NCBI GenBank assembly: GCA_964291235.2
Contig: OZ219816.1
Span: forward strand, 1,952,001-2,016,000
Source: Vicinamibacteria bacterium
GTDB lineage: Bacteria; Acidobacteriota; Vicinamibacteria; Marinacidobacterales; Marinacidobacteraceae
DNA length: 64,000 bases
Reading direction: 5' to 3'
Shown: one piece after another, positions 9,090-18,421 of the stretch
Layout: each line of letters starts with the position of its first letter
How positions within the stretch are numbered: position 1 is the stretch's first letter
The notes under the pieces: generated by a model
The model's database searches: none
The model's input: only the letters and a program-made list of their open reading frames with translations
What the model was told of the DNA's origin: nothing
Position numbers and translations under genes: made by a program

Positions 9090-9877
9090 CCCACTCTGCG
9101 CTCGGGTCCCGGCTCGCGGTATTCGCCTGCGCCGGGTGCGTACTCCCGGCCGCCATGTCCGGGTGCGGTGACGTACCCCCGCTGGATGATCCGGACGCGG
9201 GCATATCGGTGGGGGCGCGGCGTTCCCCGATACCCCGGGAATCTGCGATCCTGGAACTGTTGCGGGAGGCCGGAGGCCCAGAACTGGCGCGAACAGAGGC
9301 GTTCCAGGACGCGGCAGCCCGGATGGAACGGGCGGCCCCCGGCGAAACGGCGGCGTTCCTGGCGGCGGTCGGGGCGCTTCAAGTCTCCGCGCCCGATGAA
9401 TTGAGGTGGTTTCTTCAGCTCTTCTTGGTCGCCACAGCGGCCGACGCGGAGCAGGACGCAATGAGGACAGCGTTCGAAGCCCTGATGGCAGAGTCGGAAA
9501 AGGCGCAGGAACGGGCGAAGGAAGCGGCGGACAAGGCGAACGCGGCGACGGCGGCGATAGCGGAGGCATATCCGAGCGAAGCGGGGATGCGGACGGCGCT
9601 CGAGGATGCGGAACAGTGGGGGGAGGCGGCGGAGGCCGCGGCGGAGGAAGCGCTAGCCGCCGGTGTCAAGGCGATGATCGTGGCTCTTGTCCTGGAAGGT
9701 CAGGCAGACGAGGCGCTGGCGACATATGCCCGAAGGATCGCCACCAAGGCCCCATCCGACTATGCGGCGTTCCTAGCGGCGGTAGAGGCGGCGCAGGCCG
9801 CGGCCCCTGACGCGTGGACGGAGTTCTTGAGAGTGGGCGCGCTGTTCGTTTTGGCCCCGACGGGGGCTTGGAGATGA
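9086..9877 (+). CDS. Hypothetical Ala/Glu-rich helical protein, probable lipoprotein
   Basis: ATG at 9086 overlaps the upstream stop (ATGA); 'MTHSALGSRLAVFACAGCVLPAAMSGC' lipobox-like; internal repeat. Confidence 0.6.
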   Translation: MTHSALGSRLAVFACAGCVLPAAMSGCGDVPPLDDPDAGISVGARRSPIPRESAILELLREAGGPELARTEAFQDAAARMERAAPGETAAFLAAVGALQVSAPDELRWFLQLFLVATAADAEQDAMRTAFEALMAESEKAQERAKEAADKANAATAAIAEAYPSEAGMRTALEDAEQWGEAAEAAAEEALAAGVKAMIVALVLEGQADEALATYARRIATKAPSDYAAFLAAVEAAQAAAPDAWTEFLRVGALFVLAPTGAWR

Positions 9878-10119
9878 CGGCCCTGCCCCATCCCGCGCTC
9901 TGGCTCGCGGTGGGCCTGCGCTCCCGGACCGGACGCATCGAGACCTGTGTCGTCTCCGGTTGTCGCCCCGTCATCAGCATCGCGCACCACCCGGGTTTCC
10001 CGGGCGCAATCTGACCAAACTCGTGATCGCCGTCGTCGCTCCCTCACTGCTCCTGGCGTTGTCCAGACGGCTGATCCGGGGGTCGCGCACACGGAGCCAC
10101 AAAACTCCCGGTCGTCTGA

Positions 10120-11526
10120 TCAAGTCGCATCGCTGCGGTCCTCCGACCTGCCCAGACCCGTGGTGATCGCCACCAGGATCACACCCAGGAGCGCCCATGA
10201 GTAGGCGTTCGCCAGCCCGGCTTCAAGGGCGGACACCCTCGGCACGCCGAAAGCCTCACCGGAGGCGGTCGCCGAGGCCGCGAGGATGGTCGGAATGAAG
10301 AAAGGCAGGAGAAACGGGTAGGTGCACACGGTCATGTCCAGGAGGTTCGCGCGTCGGAAACGCCCCACGCCGGCGCGCCTGCCTGAATCCCGGACCAGGT
10401 CGCCGACCGCGAGGATGGCCATCACCGAATGCGTGGTCAGCATCACGGCGGCGCTCGTCACGCCAAAGATGCCGAGCTCCACCCCGCGTGCCGTCGGTGC
10501 GGCCCGCCGGAGCCCGCTCGCCCGGGCCAACCGGTCCACGATTCCTGCCTCCTGGGCTGCCCCCACGATCCCCATGAGGAGGATGGTGAAGATCACGATA
10601 CCGACCGCGCCCTCCATCCCGTCCAGAATGAGCCCGCGGGCCTGAAAGGACTCGGCGTCGATATAGAGCAGGCCGGCGGGGGTGACGAGCCCCAGCGTCA
10701 GAGCCACGGCCACCGCTACGGCCACCCCGGCGAAAAGGCTCTCCACCAGGCCGCGCCCCCGCCACAGCATGAGAAACGCGGCTACGGGCGCCAGCAACAT
10801 GGGGAGCGCGGACGGGTCGCCAGCGAGCACCGCACCCGGAACGGGTGCCGCGGCCGGGGGCGCCTCGGCACCGCCAAGCAGCGTAAGGATGAGAGCGGCG
10901 GCCAAGCCGGCGGGCAGTGCATAGCGGAGACGGCTGCGCACGACCCCGCCCATGGGCGCGTCTTGGCTGATCGCGGACGCGATGGTTGTGTCTGAAACGG
11001 GCGAGACGTTGTCCCCGAAGGTGGCGCCGGCCAGGATCGCCCCGATCAACACGACCGGGTTGGCCCCGAAGACGCCCGCCGCGGGGTAGAGCAGCGGCGC
11101 GCAGATGAGGATCGTCCCGAGGCTGGTGCCGGTCGCGGTTGAGAAGAGAACCGCGATGACCAAGGCCAGCAGGACGAAGCCGCCGCCGCTCACCCCCAGT
11201 TCGGCGCCCGCCCACACCAGGGAGTGGACGAACCCGGATTCGCGCAGCACGGCCGAGAAGATGCCCGCCAGCAGCCAGGCCGCCACCATGAGCATGACGA
11301 TGGGGCGCGACATCCCGCGCAGAGCCGCCGCGCTGTAGTCGGAGGCCCTCTTGGCGAGCAGGAGGCCGGCGCCCAGTGCTACGACCAGGATGGGCCACAG
11401 GCCGCGCTCGTCCGGCGCGCCGGAAAAGCCCAGCCAGGCGGCGCCGGCTGCGAAGACGAGGATCGGGAGCGCTGCTCCCGCCAGGCCCAGCCGGAAGGCG
11501 AGCGGCTGCTTTGGATGGTGGGCCAC
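10120..11526 (-). CDS. NhaC-family (Na+/H+ antiporter-like) transporter
   Basis: 'STATGTSLGT', 'GAILAGATFGDNVSPVSDTTI' NhaC signature; many TM helices. Confidence 0.85.
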   Translation of the reverse strand: MAHHPKQPLAFRLGLAGAALPILVFAAGAAWLGFSGAPDERGLWPILVVALGAGLLLAKRASDYSAAALRGMSRPIVMLMVAAWLLAGIFSAVLRESGFVHSLVWAGAELGVSGGGFVLLALVIAVLFSTATGTSLGTILICAPLLYPAAGVFGANPVVLIGAILAGATFGDNVSPVSDTTIASAISQDAPMGGVVRSRLRYALPAGLAAALILTLLGGAEAPPAAAPVPGAVLAGDPSALPMLLAPVAAFLMLWRGRGLVESLFAGVAVAVAVALTLGLVTPAGLLYIDAESFQARGLILDGMEGAVGIVIFTILLMGIVGAAQEAGIVDRLARASGLRRAAPTARGVELGIFGVTSAAVMLTTHSVMAILAVGDLVRDSGRRAGVGRFRRANLLDMTVCTYPFLLPFFIPTILAASATASGEAFGVPRVSALEAGLANAYSWALLGVILVAITTGLGRSEDRSDAT

Positions 11527-11597
11527 ACGGTATGATCGAGGATCGTCGCCCGAGGGTCCAGCGGCGGCGCCCGGGTCGCTGCGAGGAGGGCAGGCAG

Positions 11598-11942
11598 ATG
11601 CGTCAAGACGACAGGTTCGAGCTCTACGACCTGCGGGTGGAGGTCGTGGCCGGCGAGCGCCAGATGGTCTGCAACCACCGGGAAGGGGACTACTTCGAAC
11701 TCCGGGGCGAGAACCTGTCCTTCCCTGCGGGGCAGAGCTTTCCGCTCTACCCCCTGGCGGCGCTCCTTCCGCTACTTCCGGCCAAGCAGCGCAGGACCCA
11801 TCCCAACGACTGGATGACCTCCGACGCCGAAATCGCCTGTCCGGATCCCCACTGTGGCGCCCGCTTCCGCATCACTCGCACTGGCACTTCGGCCTTCCGC
11901 CACAGCGAGGTCACTCGCGTTCCCCTCACCCAACCCGGATGA
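11598..11942 (+). CDS. TIGR04076-family small Cys-containing protein
   Basis: RBS GAGGAGG then ATG 11598; 'FELYDLRVEV..MVCNHREGDYF..LLPLLPAKQR..DWM...IACPDPHCG'. Confidence 0.75.
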   Translation: MRQDDRFELYDLRVEVVAGERQMVCNHREGDYFELRGENLSFPAGQSFPLYPLAALLPLLPAKQRRTHPNDWMTSDAEIACPDPHCGARFRITRTGTSAFRHSEVTRVPLTQPG

Positions 11943-12955
11943 CCTTGCCGCTGCCGGCCAGCGGGCTGGTGCGTGGCTGTTGGCAGTTGTCGCGAGGGCA
12001 TGGGCCCGGGTGGAGCCGTGAGCGCGCCTTCGCCGCTCTCGACGAGGCCGCCGCTCGGCCGGGGCCACTCTTCCTTGACTGCGCCGACATCTACACGGGC
12101 GCAGAGCAACTCCTCGGCGACTGGTTGGCGGCCCGGCCCGCGTCCGCCGGGCAGGTGGTCGTGTTCACCAAGTTCGTACCGGATCTGGACGCGCTGGCCG
12201 CCATCGACCGGAGCTACGTGCGCGACATCGTCCTCAGGTCCCGTGACCGGCTCGGCGTGGAGGCGCTGGATTTGGTCCAGTTCGCCTGGTGGGACCTCTC
12301 CCACCCGGGGTGGCTGGGCGCGGCGGAGTGGTTGACGGAACTCGGCGAAGAAGGGGTTGTGCGCAAGATCGGGGTGACCAACTTCGACTGCGACGCACTC
12401 ACTGCTCTCCTGGACGCCGGAATTCCAGTGATCTCAAACCAGGTCCAGTTCTCGCTGCTGGACCGGCGGCCGCGCAAGGGCATGACGGACTTGTGTCTCC
12501 AGCGCAACGTGACACTGCTCTGCTACGGGGCGCTCGCGGGCGGCTTGCTCTCAGATTCGGCCGGTGCCCGGGCGCCGTCGCGCTCGCTTGTCAAGTACCG
12601 CCTCATCGCCGACGAGGTGGGGGGCCACGCGGTGCTGGAGCGGGCGTGCGCAGCGCTCGCGGAGGTGGCCGGCCGGCACCGTTCCACCATGGCCGACGTG
12701 GCGGTGGCGTATGTGCTGCGCCAGCCCGCAGTCGGCGCGGTGATCGTCGGGCTGAGCCGCAGGGGCCGGGCGGTGGGCGCGCGGCGCCTGCGCCTCGAAC
12801 CGGACGACGAGCGGCGGCTGGAGGCGGCGGTTCCCGGAGAGGTGCCGGGCGAGGTCTTCGGGGTCGAGCGCGACCGCAACGGCCCGCACGGCCGCATCAT
12901 GCGATACAACCTCAACCGCGAAGGTTCGGGGCAGGTACGGGCAGAGTACGGGTGA
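11939..12955 (+). CDS. Aldo/keto reductase family protein
   Basis: ATGA overlap; 'GCWQLS', 'DCADIYTGAE', 'TKFVP', 'IGVTNFD', 'NQVQFSLLDRRP'. Confidence 0.88.
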   Translation: MTLPLPASGLVRGCWQLSRGHGPGWSRERAFAALDEAAARPGPLFLDCADIYTGAEQLLGDWLAARPASAGQVVVFTKFVPDLDALAAIDRSYVRDIVLRSRDRLGVEALDLVQFAWWDLSHPGWLGAAEWLTELGEEGVVRKIGVTNFDCDALTALLDAGIPVISNQVQFSLLDRRPRKGMTDLCLQRNVTLLCYGALAGGLLSDSAGARAPSRSLVKYRLIADEVGGHAVLERACAALAEVAGRHRSTMADVAVAYVLRQPAVGAVIVGLSRRGRAVGARRLRLEPDDERRLEAAVPGEVPGEVFGVERDRNGPHGRIMRYNLNREGSGQVRAEYG

Positions 12956-12981
12956 GCTGCGGGGAGGATCTGAAACCGGAG

Positions 12982-13004
12982 TTCGACGCGTCGCCTGCGT
13001 CGAA
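12982..13004. terminator. Stem-loop between convergent genes (possible bidirectional terminator)
   Basis: TTCGACGC(G)...(T)GCGTCGAA inverted repeat between the AKR and CoA-ligase stops; no long U tract. Confidence 0.35.
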
Positions 13005-13039
13005 ATCGTCACGTCAGACCGCTGGCTTGAGCCCGTCGC

Positions 13040-14299
13040 CTATTCCTCTCGAGCATCCACCAGCGGGCGTGCTTCGTGAGGGATCGTCCCGGAGGGAACC
13101 ACCTCCACGGCCGGCCGGATCTGCACCGCCTCGCGGATGCGTTCGGCTAGCCCGGCGGGGTCCATTGCGCGGTCGGACGCCGCCTCGACCCGCACGGTGA
13201 GGACGTCCCGCGCGCCTTCGGCGGACACCACCGCCTGGTAGCGCGCCACGTCCGGGTCGGACCCCAGGGCCCCGGCCAGTTCGCGCGGGTGCACGAACAT
13301 TCCCCGCACCTTCACCCCCTCCCCCACCCTGCCCAAAAAGCCCGCCAGACGGGGTTCGGAGCGGCCGCAGGGGCACCGTACGGCGTTCCAGGCGGAGAGG
13401 TCGCCGGTGCCGAAGCGAACCAGCGGATAGACCTCGTTGGGGCTGGTGACCACCACCTGCCCCGTCTCACCCGGCCCGGCCGGGCGGTCGTCGCCGGGCA
13501 GCAGCACCTCGACCACCACGTCCGGGGCGACGTGCCAGCCGTCCTTCTCGGCACACTCGTATCCGAGCAACCCGGTGTCGGCGGCCGCGTAGGCCTGGTA
13601 GACGTCCACCCCGAAGCCGTCCTGGAGGCGGGCGCGCAGCGCGGGCGGGAGCGGCGCGCCCGACACCAGGGCGCGCCGGAATCCGAGAGGCCGGCCCGAC
13701 TCCTCCGCCCGCTCGAGCAGGGTCAGCAGGAACTGGGGGGTGCCGGCATACCCGGTTGCGTCCGTGGCGCGGGCCGCCTCGACCTGGGCGGCGGTCGTGC
13801 TCACTCCCCCCGGAATCACCACGCACCCGGTAGCGCGCAGTCCCCCGTCGAGCATCGGGCCACCCGGCGTCAGGTGGTATGAAAAGCTGTTGAGCACCAC
13901 CTCGCCGGGACCGAAGCCGGCCGCCTTGAGAGCCGGCCCCAGGCGCCAGAAGTCCGGCCCGGTCCCCTGCGGGTCGTTGATCGGCCCCGGGGAGCGGTAG
14001 ATGCGCGCGAGCGACCCGAGCGCCACGGCGAGCATCCCCGCCAAGGGCGGATCGGCAGCCTGAAGCGCGGGCAACTCGTCCTTGGCCAGAACGGGAATCG
14101 CCCGCAGATCCGCGACGCCGCCCACGTCCCCGGGCCGGACGCCGGCCCGCGCGAGCCGCCGTCCGATCTCGGCGCTGTGCCCGGCCCCGTATTGGACCGC
14201 GCGCGCCGCGATCCCGTCCTGAAGCGCGCTCCAGTCCGCGGGCCCCTTCTCGACGGAGCCGTCGCCTGACGATGCTGGCGCTTCCCTCACGACAGCCAC
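13040..14299 (-). CDS. Phenylacetate-CoA ligase (PaaK)-like AMP-binding enzyme
   Basis: 'SPGPINDP', 'FSYHLTPGG', 'YAGTP', 'PLVRFGTGDLS', 'VKVRGMFVHP'. Confidence 0.85.
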   Translation of the reverse strand: MAVVREAPASSGDGSVEKGPADWSALQDGIAARAVQYGAGHSAEIGRRLARAGVRPGDVGGVADLRAIPVLAKDELPALQAADPPLAGMLAVALGSLARIYRSPGPINDPQGTGPDFWRLGPALKAAGFGPGEVVLNSFSYHLTPGGPMLDGGLRATGCVVIPGGVSTTAAQVEAARATDATGYAGTPQFLLTLLERAEESGRPLGFRRALVSGAPLPPALRARLQDGFGVDVYQAYAAADTGLLGYECAEKDGWHVAPDVVVEVLLPGDDRPAGPGETGQVVVTSPNEVYPLVRFGTGDLSAWNAVRCPCGRSEPRLAGFLGRVGEGVKVRGMFVHPRELAGALGSDPDVARYQAVVSAEGARDVLTVRVEAASDRAMDPAGLAERIREAVQIRPAVEVVPSGTIPHEARPLVDAREE

Positions 14300-15135
14300 C
14301 GCTTCCGCCGCCGGTAGTGCTTCACGTCCCGGTACGACCGGCGTCCGCCGTCGCCCAACCCCAGATAGAACTCCTTCACGTCCTCGTTGGCCCTGAGCTC
14401 TTCCGCTCCGCCTTCGAGCACCACCCGTCCTCCCTCCATGACGTATCCGTAGTCAGCTACCGAGAGGGCGACGCGAGCATTCTGCTCGACCAGGAGGATC
14501 GTGGTGCCCTCCTCGCGGTTGATGCGCCGCAAAGTTCCGAAGATGTTCTCGACGAGCATCGGCGCGAGCCCGAGCGACGGCTCGTCGAGCAGCATCATCC
14601 GCGGAGCGGCCATCAGCGCCCGGCCGAGCGCCAGCATCTGCTGCTCGCCGCCGGAGAGATAGCCCGCGAGCTGCCCGCGACGCTCCGCGAGCGCCGGAAA
14701 GTAGTGGTACACCTTGTCCGTTTCCGCCTCCAGGCCGCGCCGGGTCCCGCGCGTATATCCCCCCGCGAGCAGGTTCTCGCGCACGCTCAGATGCTCGAAG
14801 ACCCGCCGGCCTTCCAGGACCTGGAAGATGCCCTTTTCCACGATGCGGTGCGCGTCCATCCCCTGGATCTCCTCACCGTCGAAGACGATGGTCCCGTCAC
14901 TGACCTCGCCATCCTCGACGTAGAGCAGCCCGGAGCTGGCCTTGAGGGTCGTGGTCTTGCCCGCGCCGTTCGAACCGAGAAGAGCCGCGATCTGTCCTTC
15001 GGCGACCTCGAGCGACAACCCCCGGAGCACCAGGATCACGTCGTCGTAGAGGACTTCGATGTTGTTGAGGCTCAGGAGCGGCGCCGCGTTCGCGCCCGCC
15101 CGGCCCTTCGCGGCCGCCGGCACGGCCTGGCTCAC
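14287..15135 (-). CDS. Liv-type ABC transporter ATP-binding protein (LivF-like)
   Basis: Walker A 'GSNGAGKTT', 'LSGGEQQM', 'LLDEPSLGLAP'; start set at GTG 15135. Confidence 0.9.
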   Translation of the reverse strand: MSQAVPAAAKGRAGANAAPLLSLNNIEVLYDDVILVLRGLSLEVAEGQIAALLGSNGAGKTTTLKASSGLLYVEDGEVSDGTIVFDGEEIQGMDAHRIVEKGIFQVLEGRRVFEHLSVRENLLAGGYTRGTRRGLEAETDKVYHYFPALAERRGQLAGYLSGGEQQMLALGRALMAAPRMMLLDEPSLGLAPMLVENIFGTLRRINREEGTTILLVEQNARVALSVADYGYVMEGGRVVLEGGAEELRANEDVKEFYLGLGDGGRRSYRDVKHYRRRKRWLS

Positions 15136-15145
15136 CGCGCCGTCC

Positions 15146-16354
15146 TCACCATGCCGGCGCCGGAACGAAGTCCGTGAGCGGCGCCCACGTCCCTCCCTCC
15201 ACCCGGAAGATACGGAGCCCCTTCGACCCGCGGTGATCCGTGGGAGTGAAGGTGACGGGCGCGGTGACTCCTCCCATGTCGTAGTCGGAAAACGTCTCCA
15301 GGGCCGCCTTGATGTTCGCGCCGGTGAGTTCCCCGCCCGCCGCCAGCACTCTCCGCATGCCCTCCCCAAACGCCGCGAAGGTCCACCATCCCTGGGTGTA
15401 CGCGTTGGTCTTTCCCTCGAGCGACTCGCCCTTCGACTCCAGGAACTCCCGGATGACGCGCGTCCCCGGCACGTCCACGCTGAGGGGCGCGTAGGGCATC
15501 GTCCCCATGAGCCCCTCCGCCGCGTCGCCGGCCAACTGGATCACCTGGGCGTTGGAACACCAGTTCAGACAGAAGAAGGTGGCGTCGACCCGCAGACTGC
15601 GGGCGCCCTGCAGCGCCACCGCCGCCGGCCCCGACGTGTTCTGGAAGACCACGTACTCCGCGCCGCTCTGGCGGATGCGCGAGAACTCCGCGGTGAAGTC
15701 CACGGCTCCGCGAGGCATCTCGTAGAGGGTCAGCTCGATGCCCAGCGCTTCCGCGAACGCCTCCCCGCCCTGCCGCGCCGGCGACAGCCCGAAGGGACTC
15801 GCGTTGTGCATCAGCGCGACGACGGGCATCCCCTCGCCATGGTTGTCGGCGATCCACTGGAGGGCGATGCGGAACTGGTCGCTGTAGGTCGTGGCCAGCA
15901 GGAAGTTGTAGGGAGCCTCCGCCGGGTCGCCCAGGCGATGCGAGAGGGACGCGGAGCTGAACGGGATCTCGTCCTCGGCGATGCGCAGGCGCAGGGCCTC
16001 GGTGTCACCCGTGCCCCATCCCATGAAGATCACCGCCCCCTCGCCGACGAACTGGGTGTAGAGCTGCTCGGCGCGATCGACCTGATAGCCGTAGTCCTGG
16101 TAGATGAGGTCGATCGGGCGCCCCTCGATACCGCCCTGGCTGTTGGTCCAGTCGGCGAAGCCGCGCACGCCGTCGCCGTAGTCGGTCCCGACGTCGGCCG
16201 TGGGGCCGGTGAGGTCGAAGATCGCGCCGACCTTGATGCTGTCCGTATCCGGCTCCGCGCCGCCGCCACAGCCAAGGCACCCGATAGCGGCGCCGAGTGC
16301 GACCGCCACCAGACGATGGCCCAACCCTCTCCGATCACGCATTTCCTTCTTCAT
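15146..16354 (-). CDS. Liv-type ABC transporter substrate-binding lipoprotein
   Basis: Lipobox 'CLGC'; 'IKVGAIFDLTGPTA...GGIEGRPI' type I periplasmic binding fold. Confidence 0.88.
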   Translation of the reverse strand: MKKEMRDRRGLGHRLVAVALGAAIGCLGCGGGAEPDTDSIKVGAIFDLTGPTADVGTDYGDGVRGFADWTNSQGGIEGRPIDLIYQDYGYQVDRAEQLYTQFVGEGAVIFMGWGTGDTEALRLRIAEDEIPFSSASLSHRLGDPAEAPYNFLLATTYSDQFRIALQWIADNHGEGMPVVALMHNASPFGLSPARQGGEAFAEALGIELTLYEMPRGAVDFTAEFSRIRQSGAEYVVFQNTSGPAAVALQGARSLRVDATFFCLNWCSNAQVIQLAGDAAEGLMGTMPYAPLSVDVPGTRVIREFLESKGESLEGKTNAYTQGWWTFAAFGEGMRRVLAAGGELTGANIKAALETFSDYDMGGVTAPVTFTPTDHRGSKGLRIFRVEGGTWAPLTDFVPAPAW

Positions 16355-16391
16355 CCTTCCCTCAGTTTCTCATCTTCCCTCATCGCGCACG

Positions 16392-17465
16392 TCACCCCGA
16401 CCGGTTCTCGCCGCGCCGGTACGCAAACGGCCACACCTGGAAGTAATCCTTGACGTTCTCCCATAGTTTGGACAGCCCCCGCGGCTCGAAGATCAGGAAG
16501 AGGATGATCACGATCCCGAACACGGTTTGCTGGGCGTAGGGGAGGATGGACGCTGCCTGGGGCGCCGTGTCCTGGATGGCCCGGCCCAGGTTGGTGATCA
16601 TCGCCGGGAGCAGCGTGATGAGCGCCGCCCCCAGGAACGATCCCCGGATCGAGCCCAGGCCTCCCACGATGATCATCGCCAGGTAGACGATGCTCGTGTT
16701 CAGTGTGAACCGTTCCCAGGTGATGATGTTGCGGTGGAAGGCGATCATCGCCCCACAGAGCCCCACGAAGAACGAAGAGGTCGCGAATGCCAGCAGCTTG
16801 GTGCGGAAGACATCCACCCCGATGACGCTCGCCGCGACGTCCTGGTCACGTACGGCAGCGAAGGCGCGTCCGATGCGGCTCCGCATGAGGTTGGCCGTGA
16901 ACAGCGCGGTTCCGGCTGCGGTGAGCACCGCGAGCCAGTAGAAGTTGAAGCCCGTGTTCAGGCGCACCCCGAAGAGACTCGGCGCGGACAGCACGATCGC
17001 CTCGGTACCGCCCGTCACCGCGGTCCAGTTGGTCATCCCCCACTCCACGATCTCCTGGGCGGCAAGCGTCGCGATCGCCAGGTAGAGCCCTTTGAGCCGG
17101 AGCGACGGGAGCCCGAAGAAGGTGCCCGCGGCGGCGGTGACGAGGCAGGCGCAGAGGATGCTGGCGCCCCAGGGGACGCCGAAGTTCAGGGTCAGGAGCC
17201 CCGCGGTGTACGCCCCGATCGCCATGAAGGCGCCCTGCCCGAGGGAGATCTGCCCGGTGTAGCCCACCAGGATGTTCAAGCCGATCGCCCCCACCGTGGC
17301 AATGGCCACCTGGTTGGCCAGATCCAGCCAGTAGGGACTGGCCACGAACGGAAACACGAGCACGAAGAGGGCGAAGACTCCCAGCCGGATGCGCTGGGTG
17401 GGCCATGGGCGGAGGCCCATGTCCGACTGGTAGCGCGTGTGGAAGACGCCGCACTCCAGGCTCAT
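16392..17465 (-). CDS. Liv-type ABC transporter permease (LivM-like)
   Basis: 'GLNILVGYTGQISLGQGAF', 'LRLKGLYLAIATLA', 'IGRAFAAVRDQD'. Confidence 0.9.
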   Translation of the reverse strand: MSLECGVFHTRYQSDMGLRPWPTQRIRLGVFALFVLVFPFVASPYWLDLANQVAIATVGAIGLNILVGYTGQISLGQGAFMAIGAYTAGLLTLNFGVPWGASILCACLVTAAAGTFFGLPSLRLKGLYLAIATLAAQEIVEWGMTNWTAVTGGTEAIVLSAPSLFGVRLNTGFNFYWLAVLTAAGTALFTANLMRSRIGRAFAAVRDQDVAASVIGVDVFRTKLLAFATSSFFVGLCGAMIAFHRNIITWERFTLNTSIVYLAMIIVGGLGSIRGSFLGAALITLLPAMITNLGRAIQDTAPQAASILPYAQQTVFGIVIILFLIFEPRGLSKLWENVKDYFQVWPFAYRRGENRSG

Positions 17466-17511
17466 GGGGATCTCCTCGTAGCTCTCCAGCAAGGGGTCCC
17501 CGGCCCCGTCG

Positions 17512-18384
17512 TCATACCCGTTCGATGACCTCTTTCCCGAAAAGGCCGTAGGGCCGGATCATGAGCACCAGGACGAGGACCACGTAGGGGACCACCAGGT
17601 TGAGTCCGTGCCCCACGTAGAAGCCGACGTAGACCTCGAGCAGCCCGATGATCGCCCCTCCGATGACCGCCCCCCCGATCGAGTCCAGCCCGCCGAGGAT
17701 CACCACGGGAAAGACCCGGAGACCGATGGACGCCACGTTGGGGCTCACTCCCACGATGCCCGCGAGCATGATCCCGCCGATTGCGGCCGAAGCGGCCGCC
17801 AGCCCCCAGGCGACTGCAAACACGCGCGGAATGCTGATCCCCATGCTGAGCGCCGCCTGCTGGTCGTCGGCGATGGCCCGCATGGCGATGCCGTCCCGGG
17901 TGTAACGGAAGAAGAGCCCCAGCCCCGCCAGCACCGCGAGGGCGATGGGGATGGAGAGCACCCGCCCGGTCGAGAGCGCCGCGGGGCCCAGCACGATGTC
18001 GCCGGCGGGAAGAAACGATTCGAAGGCGCGCGGGTTCGGACCCCAGGTGGCATTGATGACCCCCCGGAGAACCGACGAGAGCCCGATCGTCACCATGATC
18101 ATGGAGATGATGGGCTCGCCCACCAGGGGGCGCAGCACCAACCGCTCGACCGCCAGGGCGACGGCGACCGCGAGGAGCAGCGTCACAGCCACCCCGAGGC
18201 TCCAGGGGAGGCCGGTCTGGGCCACCGAGAAGAAGATCAGGTAGGTCCCCAGCAGGAGCAGGTCTCCCTGGGCGAAGTTGATGACGTCGCTCGCCTTGTA
18301 GATGACCACGAAGCCGGCCGCCACCAGCGCGTAGATCATTCCGGTACTGAGTCCGGACACGGTGAGCTGGAGGAAGATGTCCAT
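17512..18384 (-). CDS. Liv-type ABC transporter permease (LivH-like)
   Basis: 'GMIYALVAAGFVVIYKASDVINFAQG', 'VILGGLDSIGGA', 'RPYGLFG'. Confidence 0.9.
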   Translation of the reverse strand: MDIFLQLTVSGLSTGMIYALVAAGFVVIYKASDVINFAQGDLLLLGTYLIFFSVAQTGLPWSLGVAVTLLLAVAVALAVERLVLRPLVGEPIISMIMVTIGLSSVLRGVINATWGPNPRAFESFLPAGDIVLGPAALSTGRVLSIPIALAVLAGLGLFFRYTRDGIAMRAIADDQQAALSMGISIPRVFAVAWGLAAASAAIGGIMLAGIVGVSPNVASIGLRVFPVVILGGLDSIGGAVIGGAIIGLLEVYVGFYVGHGLNLVVPYVVLVLVLMIRPYGLFGKEVIERV

Positions 18385-18421
18385 GCTCAGCGGCCTGCGG
18401 CGCTCGTGATGCGGCGATCAC

